The notes: generated by a model not told the origin, from the sequence alone. Positions 28,727-38,600 are shown, numbered from the stretch's first letter. The stretch is 64,000 nucleotides of DNA from an uncultured Gammaproteobacteria bacterium (GCA_964510885.1 CAZEDL010000004.1:3182-67181), one strand, 5' to 3'. Program-made: numbers and translations.

Positions 28727-29182
28727 ATACCTCTTAACACGAGCACACAAACCACGTCAAAAACAGGAACTAAATTAGCCGTAGCCGCGGCGGTACTCTT
28801 GATCGGAGGCGGAGCCTTCGTCATCGTCCCCCGGTTACGAATGCGCCCACCAACCTTAAATCAACCCCTCACTAACCAAGGCAGCAATCAAATAATACCC
28901 CCGAGCACTACTCCTAAATTACCATCTGATAACCCAACAAGCTGTACCGATAGCGACGGTGGTGGAAGCATTGCCGCTCAAATCCAAAAATTTGGTGAAG
29001 TGTCAGTCATGTTCCGCACTGGCAAAACGACCATATCCGACACGTGCAGCTCTACCCCGGTCAGTATCTTTGAGGCATCATGTGACAGTAGCGATATCAA
29101 TGGTTATAAAGTTCAAGAAGTAAGATGTGGATCATTGGTAGGTCCTGGATCAACCTGCCGACGTGGGGCCTGTGTAAGATAA
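28727..29182 (+). CDS. membrane-anchored Cys-rich surface protein (CTDSDGG...C..GAC module)
   Basis: TM segment KLAVAAAVLLIGGGAFVIV is complete only if translation starts at the in-frame ATA at 28727; 6 Cys. Confidence 0.6.
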   Translation: MPLNTSTQTTSKTGTKLAVAAAVLLIGGGAFVIVPRLRMRPPTLNQPLTNQGSNQIIPPSTTPKLPSDNPTSCTDSDGGGSIAAQIQKFGEVSVMFRTGKTTISDTCSSTPVSIFEASCDSSDINGYKVQEVRCGSLVGPGSTCRRGACVR

Positions 29183-29228
29183 AACAGTTTCAAAAAACTA
29201 CCCACTATTATGGGTAGTTTTTTATTTC

Positions 29229-29304
29229 TGGTTGCGGGAATAGGACTCGAACCTATAACCTCCGGGTTATGAGCCCGGCGAGCTGCCAGTTGCTCCATCC
29301 CGCT
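29229..29304 (-). tRNA. initiator tRNA-Met(CAT)
   Basis: 1:72 mismatch, three G-C pairs closing the anticodon stem, encoded CCA. Confidence 0.93.
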
Positions 29305-29318
29305 ATATATTTATTCTG

Positions 29319-29391
29319 AGCGGCAGACCGGATTCGAACCGGCGACCTCTTCCTTGGCAAGGAAGCGTTCTACCAACTGAACTACTACCGC
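29319..29391 (-). tRNA. tRNA-Gly(GCC)
   Basis: GCGGTAG/CTGCCGC acceptor, CTTCC-TT-GCC-AA-GGAAG anticodon arm, U73. Confidence 0.95.
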
Positions 29392-29573
29392 GTGTTAATT
29401 TTTGGCAACAAATTTAAGGCTGGTCACAGTATAGCCGATCTGGTTTCCCTTGTCAATCTAGTGCAATTTCGCCTGTTCATTTCTAGCGGACTATTCCTTT
29501 TGGGGCCGAAAAACGACACCACAGCTCAACCAAAAATATCCCGCTGGCAGCGGGATATTTTTATTAAGAAGTA

Positions 29574-30392
29574 CTATTTGTTGAGAGCGGCGCGAGTTTT
29601 AGCACCGACATTAATTTCCACTATTTTCTTTGCCTTCTGATATGCTTTCACTGCTGCTACGGTAGTTGGCCCGTAGACCCCATTTGGCTTAACTGTTTTT
29701 GAGAAGTAGCCAAGTCCATGCAGCCTTCTTTGTAATTCGAGAATATCTCTAGCAAGCACAGTGCCCCGAGAGCTGGGACTCAAATTACGATTGAATTTAT
29801 AAAGAACAGGCGGTTTAACAACTGGAGTAGTCGGAACAGTCGGAGTTGTCGGAGTTGTCACCGGGATTGGATTAACTACCGGAGCTGGACTTGGTGTTGG
29901 GCTAGGAGTTGGGGAAGGGGGCAAAAGTGGACCGCCTCCGCCTCCATCATTTCGTGAAGGTGCTGAGCCGCCTGCTCCGCCTGGATCAGGCAAGCTACAG
30001 GTTGCGGTCGGAGTGACACGGATAGTATGAGAACTGTCTGTCTGTGAAGCAGGGTTGGTACAAGTAATGAGAACGGACGAATTGTTAGCGCCACAGGTAG
30101 TAGTGACCTGCGAGCAGGTGCTGTCAAAAGAAGTTCTAAAACCGCTTTTGTCAGTTGATTGAAGTAAAATACGAGAATTATCCGTCACCGTAAAATCGAT
30201 CGAATCTTCGTTAACTCGAAACGACTCTACTTTACTGCTCGAATCTATCGTATAGTACTTCTCTAAACTCGGCACATAGATCGATACTGTAGCATCACCC
30301 ATAGTCACAGTATCAAAGGCCGCCTGTGCGCCGCTAACCGGTAACAATAGTAATGCCCCAAGCACAATCACATATTGTAGTTTACTTTTCAT
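29574..30392 (-). CDS. secreted protein with a C-terminal peptidoglycan-binding domain
   Basis: signal peptide, Pro/Thr linker, LQRRL..LGYF...GVYGPTTVAAVKAYQ...VGAKTRAALN. Confidence 0.85.
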   Translation of the reverse strand: MKSKLQYVIVLGALLLLPVSGAQAAFDTVTMGDATVSIYVPSLEKYYTIDSSSKVESFRVNEDSIDFTVTDNSRILLQSTDKSGFRTSFDSTCSQVTTTCGANNSSVLITCTNPASQTDSSHTIRVTPTATCSLPDPGGAGGSAPSRNDGGGGGPLLPPSPTPSPTPSPAPVVNPIPVTTPTTPTVPTTPVVKPPVLYKFNRNLSPSSRGTVLARDILELQRRLHGLGYFSKTVKPNGVYGPTTVAAVKAYQKAKKIVEINVGAKTRAALNK

Positions 30393-30463
30393 AGGGTATG
30401 TGATGGACATCCTTTTTATCAAGCTAATTGAACAAAAGGACTGTCTAAATTAAAGGGGCTATT

Positions 30464-31693
30464 TTAATATTTCCAAACACTTACTCTCCAAGTACCATCG
30501 ATAGATCCAGGGTTGTCATTATCTCCACAAACTCGGATTGTTACAGTATTATTATCAGTCACAGCGGCAGACCATGAAGCATTGGCCAAATCAGCGTCTG
30601 CCTCAGCGGTACCAGGCGAAGCCACTGCTAAATCACCAACCTCTGCGCCAATTACGGTAACATCATTTGCAGCGTCACAATTATTGGCCCCAGCGTCAAA
30701 AGCAAGGGAACCAGTTAACACGCTAAAATGCTTCAGAACAGTAGTACCCGCGCCACCGATTTTAAGACCAGCATTAAATGTAGCAACACCTCCTACTACC
30801 ATAGTGCTGCTCACCGATGCCGTACCATCAAGCGCCAAGCGCTGAGCATTGATCGAACCATTGGCATAACTCACATCAAAGCTAGTAAGAGTTTGGCCTA
30901 CAGCCAAATAGTTGCTGGTAGTGGCGTAGGTAGAAGAAGCATAGTAAACTTTGTCGCTTCCGGCAAAAACCGTACCTGACGCATAAACATCCTTGAAAGC
31001 CTGGGTATACGAACCGATATCTGCAACATTATGCGCATCTGCCAGCACATTGCCGCGGAAAGTAACTGTACCGCCGACAATAAGCGTGCTACTCACGGCG
31101 ACTCCGGCATCAACAGATAACCCACCGGTTACATTTAAACTGCCATTGTCATAGCTGGCATTAAAACTTTGCGGCACGCCACCAACACTGATATATTTAC
31201 TACTTGTTACAATCGTAGAAGTGACCGAAGTCAGAGTGCCGGCGCCGCTTAAATTAAGCGCTGTTCCAAACATGGTGCCAGATGAATAAACATTGTTAAA
31301 CGCTTTGGTATAAGAACCAAGATTTGGAACCCCGTGGGCATCAGCAAGAAGATTCCCGCGGAAGGTTGCCGCTCCGCCTACAATGAGTGTGCTGCTTACC
31401 GAAGCAGCCCCATCCACGGATAATGGGCCGCTAGTATTCAGGCTGCCATTAGCATAACTAACATTGTGACTTACTGGCGAGGCACCGACGCTTAAATAAC
31501 CAGTATTAGTGGCGCTTGAAAACGACACACCCCCCGTCACCGATAAAGTCCCACCAATGCTGACATTGTGGCCGACGGTGGTAGCTGCCATTGCGGCAGG
31601 GGTACCAGCCAAGCACGCTACAACTGTAGTCAGTGACAGCAAGAGCCCGTAAGCTTTCTTTCCTCTTAGCATATACATTGAGTTAATAAACAT
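30464..31693 (-). CDS. secreted Ser/Thr/Gly-rich fibre/adhesin-like repeat protein
   Basis: signal peptide; degenerate internal repeats (Y.NGSLN...LSVD...VSSTLIVGG...FRGN.LADAH....GSYT.AF..VY.SGT). Confidence 0.75.
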   Translation of the reverse strand: MFINSMYMLRGKKAYGLLLSLTTVVACLAGTPAAMAATTVGHNVSIGGTLSVTGGVSFSSATNTGYLSVGASPVSHNVSYANGSLNTSGPLSVDGAASVSSTLIVGGAATFRGNLLADAHGVPNLGSYTKAFNNVYSSGTMFGTALNLSGAGTLTSVTSTIVTSSKYISVGGVPQSFNASYDNGSLNVTGGLSVDAGVAVSSTLIVGGTVTFRGNVLADAHNVADIGSYTQAFKDVYASGTVFAGSDKVYYASSTYATTSNYLAVGQTLTSFDVSYANGSINAQRLALDGTASVSSTMVVGGVATFNAGLKIGGAGTTVLKHFSVLTGSLAFDAGANNCDAANDVTVIGAEVGDLAVASPGTAEADADLANASWSAAVTDNNTVTIRVCGDNDNPGSIDGTWRVSVWKY

Positions 31694-31738
31694 CTTTTTT
31701 ATCTCTGATTATTCTTGAGACAAAAGGTCTAAATAAAA

Positions 31739-32212
31739 TTATTTTAAATTTCCACCGCCAGCAGGCGAAAAATGCATCACATCGAGCACTAAATCAACAA
31801 TCGGATCATACAAAATTGCCTGCGTCGGATAAATAACTACGCGATCACCTTTTTTGGCAAACTGGTAAAAAATGGGATTTTCTTTTCGCAAAGCGTCGAC
31901 ATCAACGATTGTAGTCACAGTTACCCGCCCGGTCGGTAAATAAATATGCTTACCAAGTTTTTTTATCAAATCGTTAATGGAAGCATCTTTCCCAGCCACT
32001 TCTACCAGCTGCTGATTTAATTTATTTGTGCCAGTAGTTAGCAATTGTTCCTTGGCAATTGGAACAGGGGTCTGCCGCACGTCATGTTTATTTTTAAAAT
32101 CAAAGGCAAAAAATGCCCCAATTAATATGATTAAAAATGATAAAGCAAGTAACCAGAGAAAAAAAGTTTTGCTCGCTTGTGTTTTATCTGATACCGATTT
32201 TTTTTTAAACAT
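31739..32212 (-). CDS. hypothetical single-pass membrane protein
   Basis: N-terminal TM helix; FYQFAKKGDRVVIY..AILYDP. Confidence 0.7.
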   Translation of the reverse strand: MFKKKSVSDKTQASKTFFLWLLALSFLIILIGAFFAFDFKNKHDVRQTPVPIAKEQLLTTGTNKLNQQLVEVAGKDASINDLIKKLGKHIYLPTGRVTVTTIVDVDALRKENPIFYQFAKKGDRVVIYPTQAILYDPIVDLVLDVMHFSPAGGGNLK

Positions 32213-32405
32213 GTTTGCTGCTATAAAAAAAGAGCTGGTAATGTATTTTAAAATACAGGCTATTTACTTATTGTAAATCTAATTATACAGTTTTTTTCTT
32301 TTTCTTTAAAGAAAATGTCAATAGAATGCAGTGTGGACAACTGAAAAAGCGTAGTACCCGTTGCCAAAACCAGACAAATAAAATATTCTATAGTCACTAA
32401 ATCGT

Positions 32406-33425
32406 ATGTCACAGCTCAAGCACCTCATTGTCATTCCACTTCTTGTCATCGGGATTTCCTATCTTACCATTAAACCTCTCCCGGTCCACGCGGAAACCGC
32501 TACCAGCACCCTGGAAGCTGGTTTTGCCAGCGGCTTTCGCTATTCTAAAAGCCCGCTTGTCACAAGCAATACCATCATCCGTATTTACGTCACCTTACAA
32601 AACCAATCTACCGCCGATATTCTTGGCACGGTACGCATTTTTGACAATGACCAGCCAATTGGCGACATACCATTCTCGATTGTAGCCAATCGCCTCATAG
32701 AAGTCTGGATCGATTGGACAGCCACCCCTGGTCCGCATTCTATTCGCGCCACTATTATTGACGCTAGAATCTCAAAAGCCGGTGAGTCGCCCGTAGCTAT
32801 CGCCCTTAGCATCCCAAACTCAAGTATCGACCTACAAACAGTGCCACTACCTGCACCGCCAACACCCACCTCCACCCCGACTGAATCGTCAAGCCGCCCA
32901 ACATCTGACCAGCCCGACCCGCCAGATACCGTCGGCGCTGCATCCACGACTTCGACCGACACTAAAAATGATCCTGCTGTCACAATTACCACTTTACTCG
33001 CAGCCGCTTTTGAAAAATTGCTGGCACTTGGTAAATCTAATACTACTTCTTCCACTAATTCTCAAACAGCGACCGTTTCGAGCAGCGATCAAAGCCAGCC
33101 GGATTCCATCGGGCAGCAGTTCAACGCCATTTTAAAGAGTCTAACCTCCGATCTAACCACCAAAAATAACAGTTTAAAAGCTGCTATTACGAGCGGCCAA
33201 GGCACCGAGCCGATCTTAACCGAACCTATCAACGCTCTCGAAGACAAAACTTTTATCAAAATCCCTGATAACAAAAAGCCAACTAAACAGCTGGTATATA
33301 GTTGGCTCATTTCCATTGCCATTACCATCCTGAATACGTGGTGGCTGATGGTAGTTATCTTTCTTATTATTCTGCGCGCTTTATACAAACTCTGGAAAGC
33401 GGTGCGCGAACAAGATGACGATTAG
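32406..33425 (+). CDS. surface protein: signal peptide, Ig-like (CARDB-like) domain, S/T/P linker, C-terminal TM
   Basis: IYVTLQN...WTATPGPHSIRA; C-terminal hydrophobic anchor. Confidence 0.7.
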   Translation: MSQLKHLIVIPLLVIGISYLTIKPLPVHAETATSTLEAGFASGFRYSKSPLVTSNTIIRIYVTLQNQSTADILGTVRIFDNDQPIGDIPFSIVANRLIEVWIDWTATPGPHSIRATIIDARISKAGESPVAIALSIPNSSIDLQTVPLPAPPTPTSTPTESSSRPTSDQPDPPDTVGAASTTSTDTKNDPAVTITTLLAAAFEKLLALGKSNTTSSTNSQTATVSSSDQSQPDSIGQQFNAILKSLTSDLTTKNNSLKAAITSGQGTEPILTEPINALEDKTFIKIPDNKKPTKQLVYSWLISIAITILNTWWLMVVIFLIILRALYKLWKAVREQDDD

Positions 33426-33433
33426 GTAAATCA

Positions 33434-33907
33434 CTAATAAGCGATCACACTGATAGCCAGTGCTGGATTAAGGTGGTCATGAAAAAAGTAGGTACCGGCT
33501 TGTTTGAACGTCACTTTATAACCTTCATCAGCGCCAAAGGCTCCTGATTCTACTCCAGTGCCAGGGTCGGTATGACCATGATTTCGATCATAATCATCGC
33601 CTTGGCCTTCGGCGATATTATGAGTTTTGCCATCTTTACTATTAAACTGGACTACGCCACCAACCGGAATCAAAACCGTGTTTGGCTCGGCCCGATCAGG
33701 CAGCAAATCAACCGTTTGAAATAGCGGACGGGTCGGAACCGTAGCGGATGGCTGCAACTTAGCATCTGCCGCACTCGGGCGCTGGTAGGCATGTCTTGCC
33801 CCCACAAACCCTACCCCCATGGCCAACAAAAGGAGCGCCAGATATACTCCTCTTTTTTTTATTAGATCAGTATAGTCAGTCACAAACAATAGCAGCTTAT
33901 TCGACAA
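33434..33907 (-). CDS. cupredoxin-domain protein
   Basis: THNI...TFKQAGTYFFHDHLNP; lacks the Cys ligand. Confidence 0.75.
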   Translation of the reverse strand: MSNKLLLFVTDYTDLIKKRGVYLALLLLAMGVGFVGARHAYQRPSAADAKLQPSATVPTRPLFQTVDLLPDRAEPNTVLIPVGGVVQFNSKDGKTHNIAEGQGDDYDRNHGHTDPGTGVESGAFGADEGYKVTFKQAGTYFFHDHLNPALAISVIAY

Positions 33908-34283
33908 CTTCTACCGTTCCTTTCATATACGGATGCGGTTCACAGTGGTATGGGAAAACTCCCACAGTGTCAAAGGTATAGCTATACGTTTCGTTCTGTC
34001 CGAAAAAGGCGCTGGCTGGGCCGGTGCCACTATCTACCGTCACCGTGTGTTTGGCCACATCTTTGTTGGTCCAGGTCACAGTCGTGCCTTTCTTCACCGT
34101 AAGGGTAGCTGGGCCATAGGCATACTTTTCAATCGTCACCGCATTCGCTGCCTGAGGAGCGGTGGCAGTCGGCGCGCCATCCTCTGGCTGCGTAGTCGCC
34201 GTCGGAGCAGTTGCGCCACAGCCGCTCATCACGAGCATCAAACCAAACATTGCAACCACACTTAAGCTTTTAGCATTCATCAT
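33897..34283 (-). CDS. plastocyanin/amicyanin-like blue copper lipoprotein
   Basis: lipobox MSGC, WTNKD..KHTV, YHCEPHPYMKG type-1 Cu ligands. Confidence 0.9.
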   Translation of the reverse strand: MMNAKSLSVVAMFGLMLVMSGCGATAPTATTQPEDGAPTATAPQAANAVTIEKYAYGPATLTVKKGTTVTWTNKDVAKHTVTVDSGTGPASAFFGQNETYSYTFDTVGVFPYHCEPHPYMKGTVEVVE

Positions 34284-34389
34284 ATAAAAAAATAACTATA
34301 AATTAACAAGATGATAATACCACACCCATAAAAAAATTAACAACTAAAAACCTCCCCATTTACGAGGAGGTTTAGCGCTCATTCAGAGC

Positions 34390-35130
34390 TTAGAATTTGT
34401 CCGGGTTCTGTTTTACGATCGCTCCAGCAATTGCATCAGCGATCTTGCCGATCTGAGCTTCGGCTTTGACCTGGTTGTCATACGAACCGGCATAGTCCTT
34501 TGCGCCATAGGTATCAACGGCCGCTTTCAGGAGTCCGACGTGTTCGTTAACCAGCGTCTTCACCGCTTCGCGCGGCAAATTTGGGTTGGCCTGCGAGAAG
34601 AAATCCGAGATCGCATCGACATATCCGCCGAGGTTAGCTACGGCTTTGTCCATGCCAGCTTTATCGCCAGCCTTGGCGGCTACCGTGTAATCAACGAAAA
34701 AGCCGATGTGGCTGCGCCAGATAGCCAAAAATTTAGTGCCGGCTTCTTTGCCGTATACGCTGCCGACCGCTTCAGATAATTGAACCGAATTAGCATCAAG
34801 AGCTTTGGCTGCCGCTTCAAAATCAGCCCGGCCATCAAATCCAGCGCGCACCGCCGTGGCTGCCAAGCTAACATGCTGGCGTTCCAAGGCGTTCAAAAGA
34901 ACGCGCAGATCAGCTGCTGCCGTATCCGTCACCGGAGCCGGTTTGGCCATCATAGTATCCCCCATTTTTTCCATTCCCATTTTATCCATTGCCATGTCAT
35001 GGCCCATATCTTTTTTCCCGGCCGTCAGAGTGGCCGCGCCATAACCGACCACTAGGCCGATTACTACCATTACTACTCCGACCATTACGGCCGAACCGCT
35101 TTTGTTAGACATCATGTTTGCATCTTGCAT
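34390..35130 (-). CDS. membrane-anchored helical protein with a Met-rich segment (putative copper-binding)
   Basis: MGHDMAMDKMGMEKMGDTMM; helical domain with His residues (QHV, WRSHIGFFVDYT, EHV). Confidence 0.65.
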   Translation of the reverse strand: MQDANMMSNKSGSAVMVGVVMVVIGLVVGYGAATLTAGKKDMGHDMAMDKMGMEKMGDTMMAKPAPVTDTAAADLRVLLNALERQHVSLAATAVRAGFDGRADFEAAAKALDANSVQLSEAVGSVYGKEAGTKFLAIWRSHIGFFVDYTVAAKAGDKAGMDKAVANLGGYVDAISDFFSQANPNLPREAVKTLVNEHVGLLKAAVDTYGAKDYAGSYDNQVKAEAQIGKIADAIAGAIVKQNPDKF

Positions 35131-35222
35131 AGGTGCGAAAAAATTAAACAAGTTAATTAACAATCTTCGACCTTTCTTAAGGTGCTTTTAGTATAGCAAA
35201 GCAAGAAAAAAAATGCCACCCT

Positions 35223-35843
35223 CTAAGCCCTCTTCATTTGAGCCAAAAAATAGCGATGCCACACAATGGTGGTAAGCTCCGGATGAAAGGCCAGAGCCAG
35301 ATAATACTGTCCTTTCGACCGCTGTTCCGCCGCTACAATTTCAGCATTATGTGAAGCGAGGGCCGCAACCCCAGATTCGATCCGTACAAACCGTGGTGCG
35401 CGAATAAACACCGCCTGGCACTCCCCAAGCATAGTGGCGAGCGACGTTTCAAACGAGGCAGCCTGGCGACCATAGGCATTGCGATCCACCGTGATATCCA
35501 TTAATTCGAACGTCCGCTGATCAGCCGTTCTATGCAGCACCTTTTTAGCGAGCAAAATAGCCCCCGCGCAGGTCCCCATGATAGCCGGAATTTTTTTCAT
35601 GGCAGCGAACATATCTTCACGTTCTAATAATTTGTGCAGCACCGTACTTTCCCCGCCCGGCACAATAAGGCCGTCGAGCTCTGCTAAATCTTGCTTATTT
35701 CTGACCTCGATAATCTCTATCCGTAATCCTAAATCAACTGCCGCTGCCATCAGTGCCTGCACGTGCTCAACCACTCCGCCTTGCAGACTCAAAACACCTA
35801 TCTTTAAAAATGTCGCACTGTTTTTATGTTTTAATGTTTTCAT
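35223..35843 (-). CDS. pdxT: pyridoxal 5'-phosphate synthase, glutaminase subunit
   Basis: IGVLSLQG, PGGEST, GTCAG, RNAYGRQ, FIRAP, FHPEL. Confidence 0.95.
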   Translation of the reverse strand: MKTLKHKNSATFLKIGVLSLQGGVVEHVQALMAAAVDLGLRIEIIEVRNKQDLAELDGLIVPGGESTVLHKLLEREDMFAAMKKIPAIMGTCAGAILLAKKVLHRTADQRTFELMDITVDRNAYGRQAASFETSLATMLGECQAVFIRAPRFVRIESGVAALASHNAEIVAAEQRSKGQYYLALAFHPELTTIVWHRYFLAQMKRA

Positions 35844-35852
35844 GCTTTAAAG

Positions 35853-36743
35853 TTACACTCCCCTTTCCGCCATTTTCACTGCCAAAGTTCTAATCTCCTG
35901 CCCCGGCATCGCCTGTCCTAACCCCTCACTCGCCAGCGCAATTTTTTTAGCATCCCTAAAATGCGCCACTGCATCCACCACTGCCTTGGCCCGCACCGCC
36001 GGATCACTGCTCTTAAAAATTCCCGACCCCACAAATACTCCATCCACACCCAGCTGCATACACAGTGCTGCATCAGCCGGCGTAGCAATCCCGCCTGCTG
36101 CAAAATTCACCACTGGCAGCCTGCCAAGTTTGGCGGTAGTCAGCACCAGTTCATACGGCACTCGCATGGCAATCGCCATTTTTTTGAGCGTCGCCATTTT
36201 TTTCTTATGCAATAACTCTTGAATTTCAATCACACCCTGATTCATCGCCCGAATATGGCGAATCGCTTCCACGATATTCCCACTCCCGGCTTCGCCCTTG
36301 GTGCGAATCATCGCTGCCCCTTCGTGTATCCGGCGGAGCGCCTCACCAAGATTACGCGCCCCACACACAAACGGTGCCGTAAACGGTGTTTTATTAATAT
36401 GAAACTCTTCATCAGCCGGCGTCAGCACCTCACTTTCATCAATAAAATCAAGCTCGAGCGCTTCAAGCACCTGCGCTTCTACAAAATGTCCGATGCGACA
36501 TTTTGCCATCACCGGAATCGTCACCGTGCGCTGAATCTGTTTAATCATCGCGGGATCGCTCATCCGCGCCACACCGCCTTCAGCCCGGATATCAGCCGGA
36601 ATTTTTTCAAGCGCCATCACCGCCACCGCCCCAGCAGCTTCGGCGATCTTGGCTTGCTCGCTGGTCGTGACATCCATAATCACGCCACCCTTCAGCATTT
36701 GAGCCAAACCGGATTTAACCGTAAAAGTTCCTGTCTGTTTCAT
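35853..36743 (-). CDS. pdxS: pyridoxal 5'-phosphate synthase, lyase subunit
   Basis: [35 protein letters not shown]. Confidence 0.98.
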   Translation of the reverse strand: MKQTGTFTVKSGLAQMLKGGVIMDVTTSEQAKIAEAAGAVAVMALEKIPADIRAEGGVARMSDPAMIKQIQRTVTIPVMAKCRIGHFVEAQVLEALELDFIDESEVLTPADEEFHINKTPFTAPFVCGARNLGEALRRIHEGAAMIRTKGEAGSGNIVEAIRHIRAMNQGVIEIQELLHKKKMATLKKMAIAMRVPYELVLTTAKLGRLPVVNFAAGGIATPADAALCMQLGVDGVFVGSGIFKSSDPAVRAKAVVDAVAHFRDAKKIALASEGLGQAMPGQEIRTLAVKMAERGV

Positions 36744-36846
36744 AGAGTAAGATCGAAATAAAATATCTTGCCGCTCGGGCGAAAAAGCCTAGATATATAA
36801 CACCAAAAAAATCGCTTTGTCTATTGATTAAAATCGTAAAACTATC

Positions 36847-36875
36847 TTGACAAAATTATAATTCTACGTTATTAT
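36847..36875 (+). promoter_or_regulatory. near-consensus sigma70 promoter
   Basis: TTGACA-17 nt-TATTAT upstream of the 36950 ORF. Confidence 0.65.
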
Positions 36876-36949
36876 TGCCTGTTTTCACTATACCTAAAAC
36901 GAGACCCTAAACGCGAGAACGGTGTATTGACAACACCAAAGGAGACCCT

Positions 36950-37204
36950 ATGGCTCAGTACCTACGACTTACGATGCTGCTCTTTGTATTTATCAACGGC
37001 TGTGCCAGCGCACGACCAGATCGGCTGCGGATCTGTCGCCTGGTAGACCCCAACTGCGGACTGACCACGCTTGAAGTGGTCACAGTCAAGGTCAACGGCT
37101 GCGCGAAGGCCACCGAGATTCACGAAGTTGGGCCCGCACGCATCGTGCCCGGTGGCAGCCGCCGGATCACCGGCTCATGCCACGTCATCGGCGACACGCA
37201 ATAG
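36950..37204 (+). CDS. small hypothetical Cys-containing lipoprotein-like protein
   Basis: GGAGA SD, INGC lipobox-like motif, own promoter and downstream hairpin. Confidence 0.6.
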   Translation: MAQYLRLTMLLFVFINGCASARPDRLRICRLVDPNCGLTTLEVVTVKVNGCAKATEIHEVGPARIVPGGSRRITGSCHVIGDTQ

Positions 37205-37421
37205 CTCGCCCCTCCCACCCAAAGGATGGAGGAGGGCGCTCGCTGTCCCGTTCTCCTCCATCCCTATTCACTATTTCACTGTTGGAATAATGAATAGAGA
37301 GGAGAACGGCTAAAAACCAGGCACTATCTGCCTGTTTTTTAATTAAAAACTAAGAATCCTTTAAGATATTGACCAACCTCAACATTTTTGTTAGAGTAGC
37401 GGACGACTTTTTAAAAAGTAC

Positions 37422-37493
37422 GCCGCGGTAGCTCAGTGGTAGAGCGCAGCCCTGAAGAGGCTGGCGTCGTCAGTTCGATTCTGACCCGCGGCA
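37422..37493 (+). tRNA. tRNA-Phe(GAA)
   Basis: GCCGCGG/CCGCGGC acceptor, CAGCC-CT-GAA-GA-GGCTG anticodon arm. Confidence 0.95.
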
Positions 37494-37502
37494 CGCGCCC
37501 CC

Positions 37503-37634
37503 GAATCGAACGGGGAAGGCTTGGGAATCGGGAGGTTCCCACCTCTGCCGGGAAGAGCACACAAGAGGGCGGAAGCCCTTTGGTGAGAGGTTCTGATTCG
37601 CATCGGAACCAATTTTGCTTCTGACCCGCGGCAC
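37503..37634 (+). repeat. tRNA-trailer structured element, copy 2, with duplicated tRNA-Phe 3' end
   Basis: 16-bp direct repeat TTCTGACCCGCGGCAC at 37479-37494 and 37619-37634; shared core. Confidence 0.9.
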
Positions 37635-37820
37635 AAGACGAGTGAGTTGATTGTAATTAGGGAGTGCAATTAGTAGTTTGGATAAAATAAAAGAGCGGAT
37701 TCACATTCCTCTGTCCAAATTATTAACTACTAAATACAAACTACTCAATTACGGGGTATACTATGGTATATCCCTCAACGCTCGGAAAACCCAAATAAAT
37801 TTGGTTTTTCCTCACTAATT

Positions 37821-37894
37821 CGGGGTATGGCTCAATTGGCTAGAGCGCCTGGTTTGGGACCAGGAGGTTGTGGGTTCAAGTCCCACTACCCCGA
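37821..37894 (+). tRNA. tRNA-Pro(TGG)
   Basis: CGGGGTA/TACCCCG acceptor, CCTGG-TT-TGG-GA-CCAGG anticodon arm. Confidence 0.95.
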
Positions 37895-37970
37895 CAAATA
37901 AAATATCCGGCAACAAGCCGGTTATTTTAATTGACCCCGGCCAAGTATCCAGGTATCGTAGAAAATACCT

Positions 37971-38600
37971 ATGGAAAAACCTTCTTACCAACCAAGCCCA
38001 GTCCGTCGGACGGCCGAACGAGCCGGCCAAATTTTGGCCGCTGCTGCCGCCTTGTCTGGAGGGACAGAAAACTTGGCCCGAGCCGACGAAAAAGCTGCCG
38101 CACCAGCACCAGCTGAAGCGGCGCAAACTGAAAAGCCTAAAGCCAATGATACCGAGGACACACCCGAGCCCGCCCCCAATAAACTGATCCGTGCTGCCCG
38201 TATTGTCGGTGAAGGTATATTAGAATTTAAAAATGCCATCGGTTCAGATGGAAAAATAGTTAAAAAAACTATCGACGATGACTATGCCGAAGATGGTGGC
38301 AAATATGTGATTCATATTCAACCATACGTCTTCACTAATCCAGCCTTTAAAGATAGATTCCTCAAAGAGGGCGGGCAAGCATCGACCACCGAAGTCGCGG
38401 TGTATGTAACCAAAAAAATATTCAACTTGGTCGAAGAAGGTCGATGGGTAAAATTCCAAATGGAAAAATTTGGCCCCAAAGACCCAACCCCGGAGGTACA
38501 ACGATTTTGGCTCACCCCCGCAGGCCACGAGCCACCACCGGCCATCGACATTACAAGCAGTAAACAAGGCCCAAAAGACAGTCGTGCCCAAAAAAAATGA
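37971..38600 (+). CDS. hypothetical secreted protein
   Basis: RR...AAAAALSGG..ARA leader; Ala/Pro/Glu linker. Confidence 0.7.
   Translation: MEKPSYQPSPVRRTAERAGQILAAAAALSGGTENLARADEKAAAPAPAEAAQTEKPKANDTEDTPEPAPNKLIRAARIVGEGILEFKNAIGSDGKIVKKTIDDDYAEDGGKYVIHIQPYVFTNPAFKDRFLKEGGQASTTEVAVYVTKKIFNLVEEGRWVKFQMEKFGPKDPTPEVQRFWLTPAGHEPPPAIDITSSKQGPKDSRAQKK

Noticed and set aside
37479-37634. Duplicated tRNA ends as prophage attL/attR sites or as tRNA introns
   Set aside because: The repeats are only 118-140 bp apart with no integrase or cargo, and the upstream tRNAs are complete and uninterrupted.
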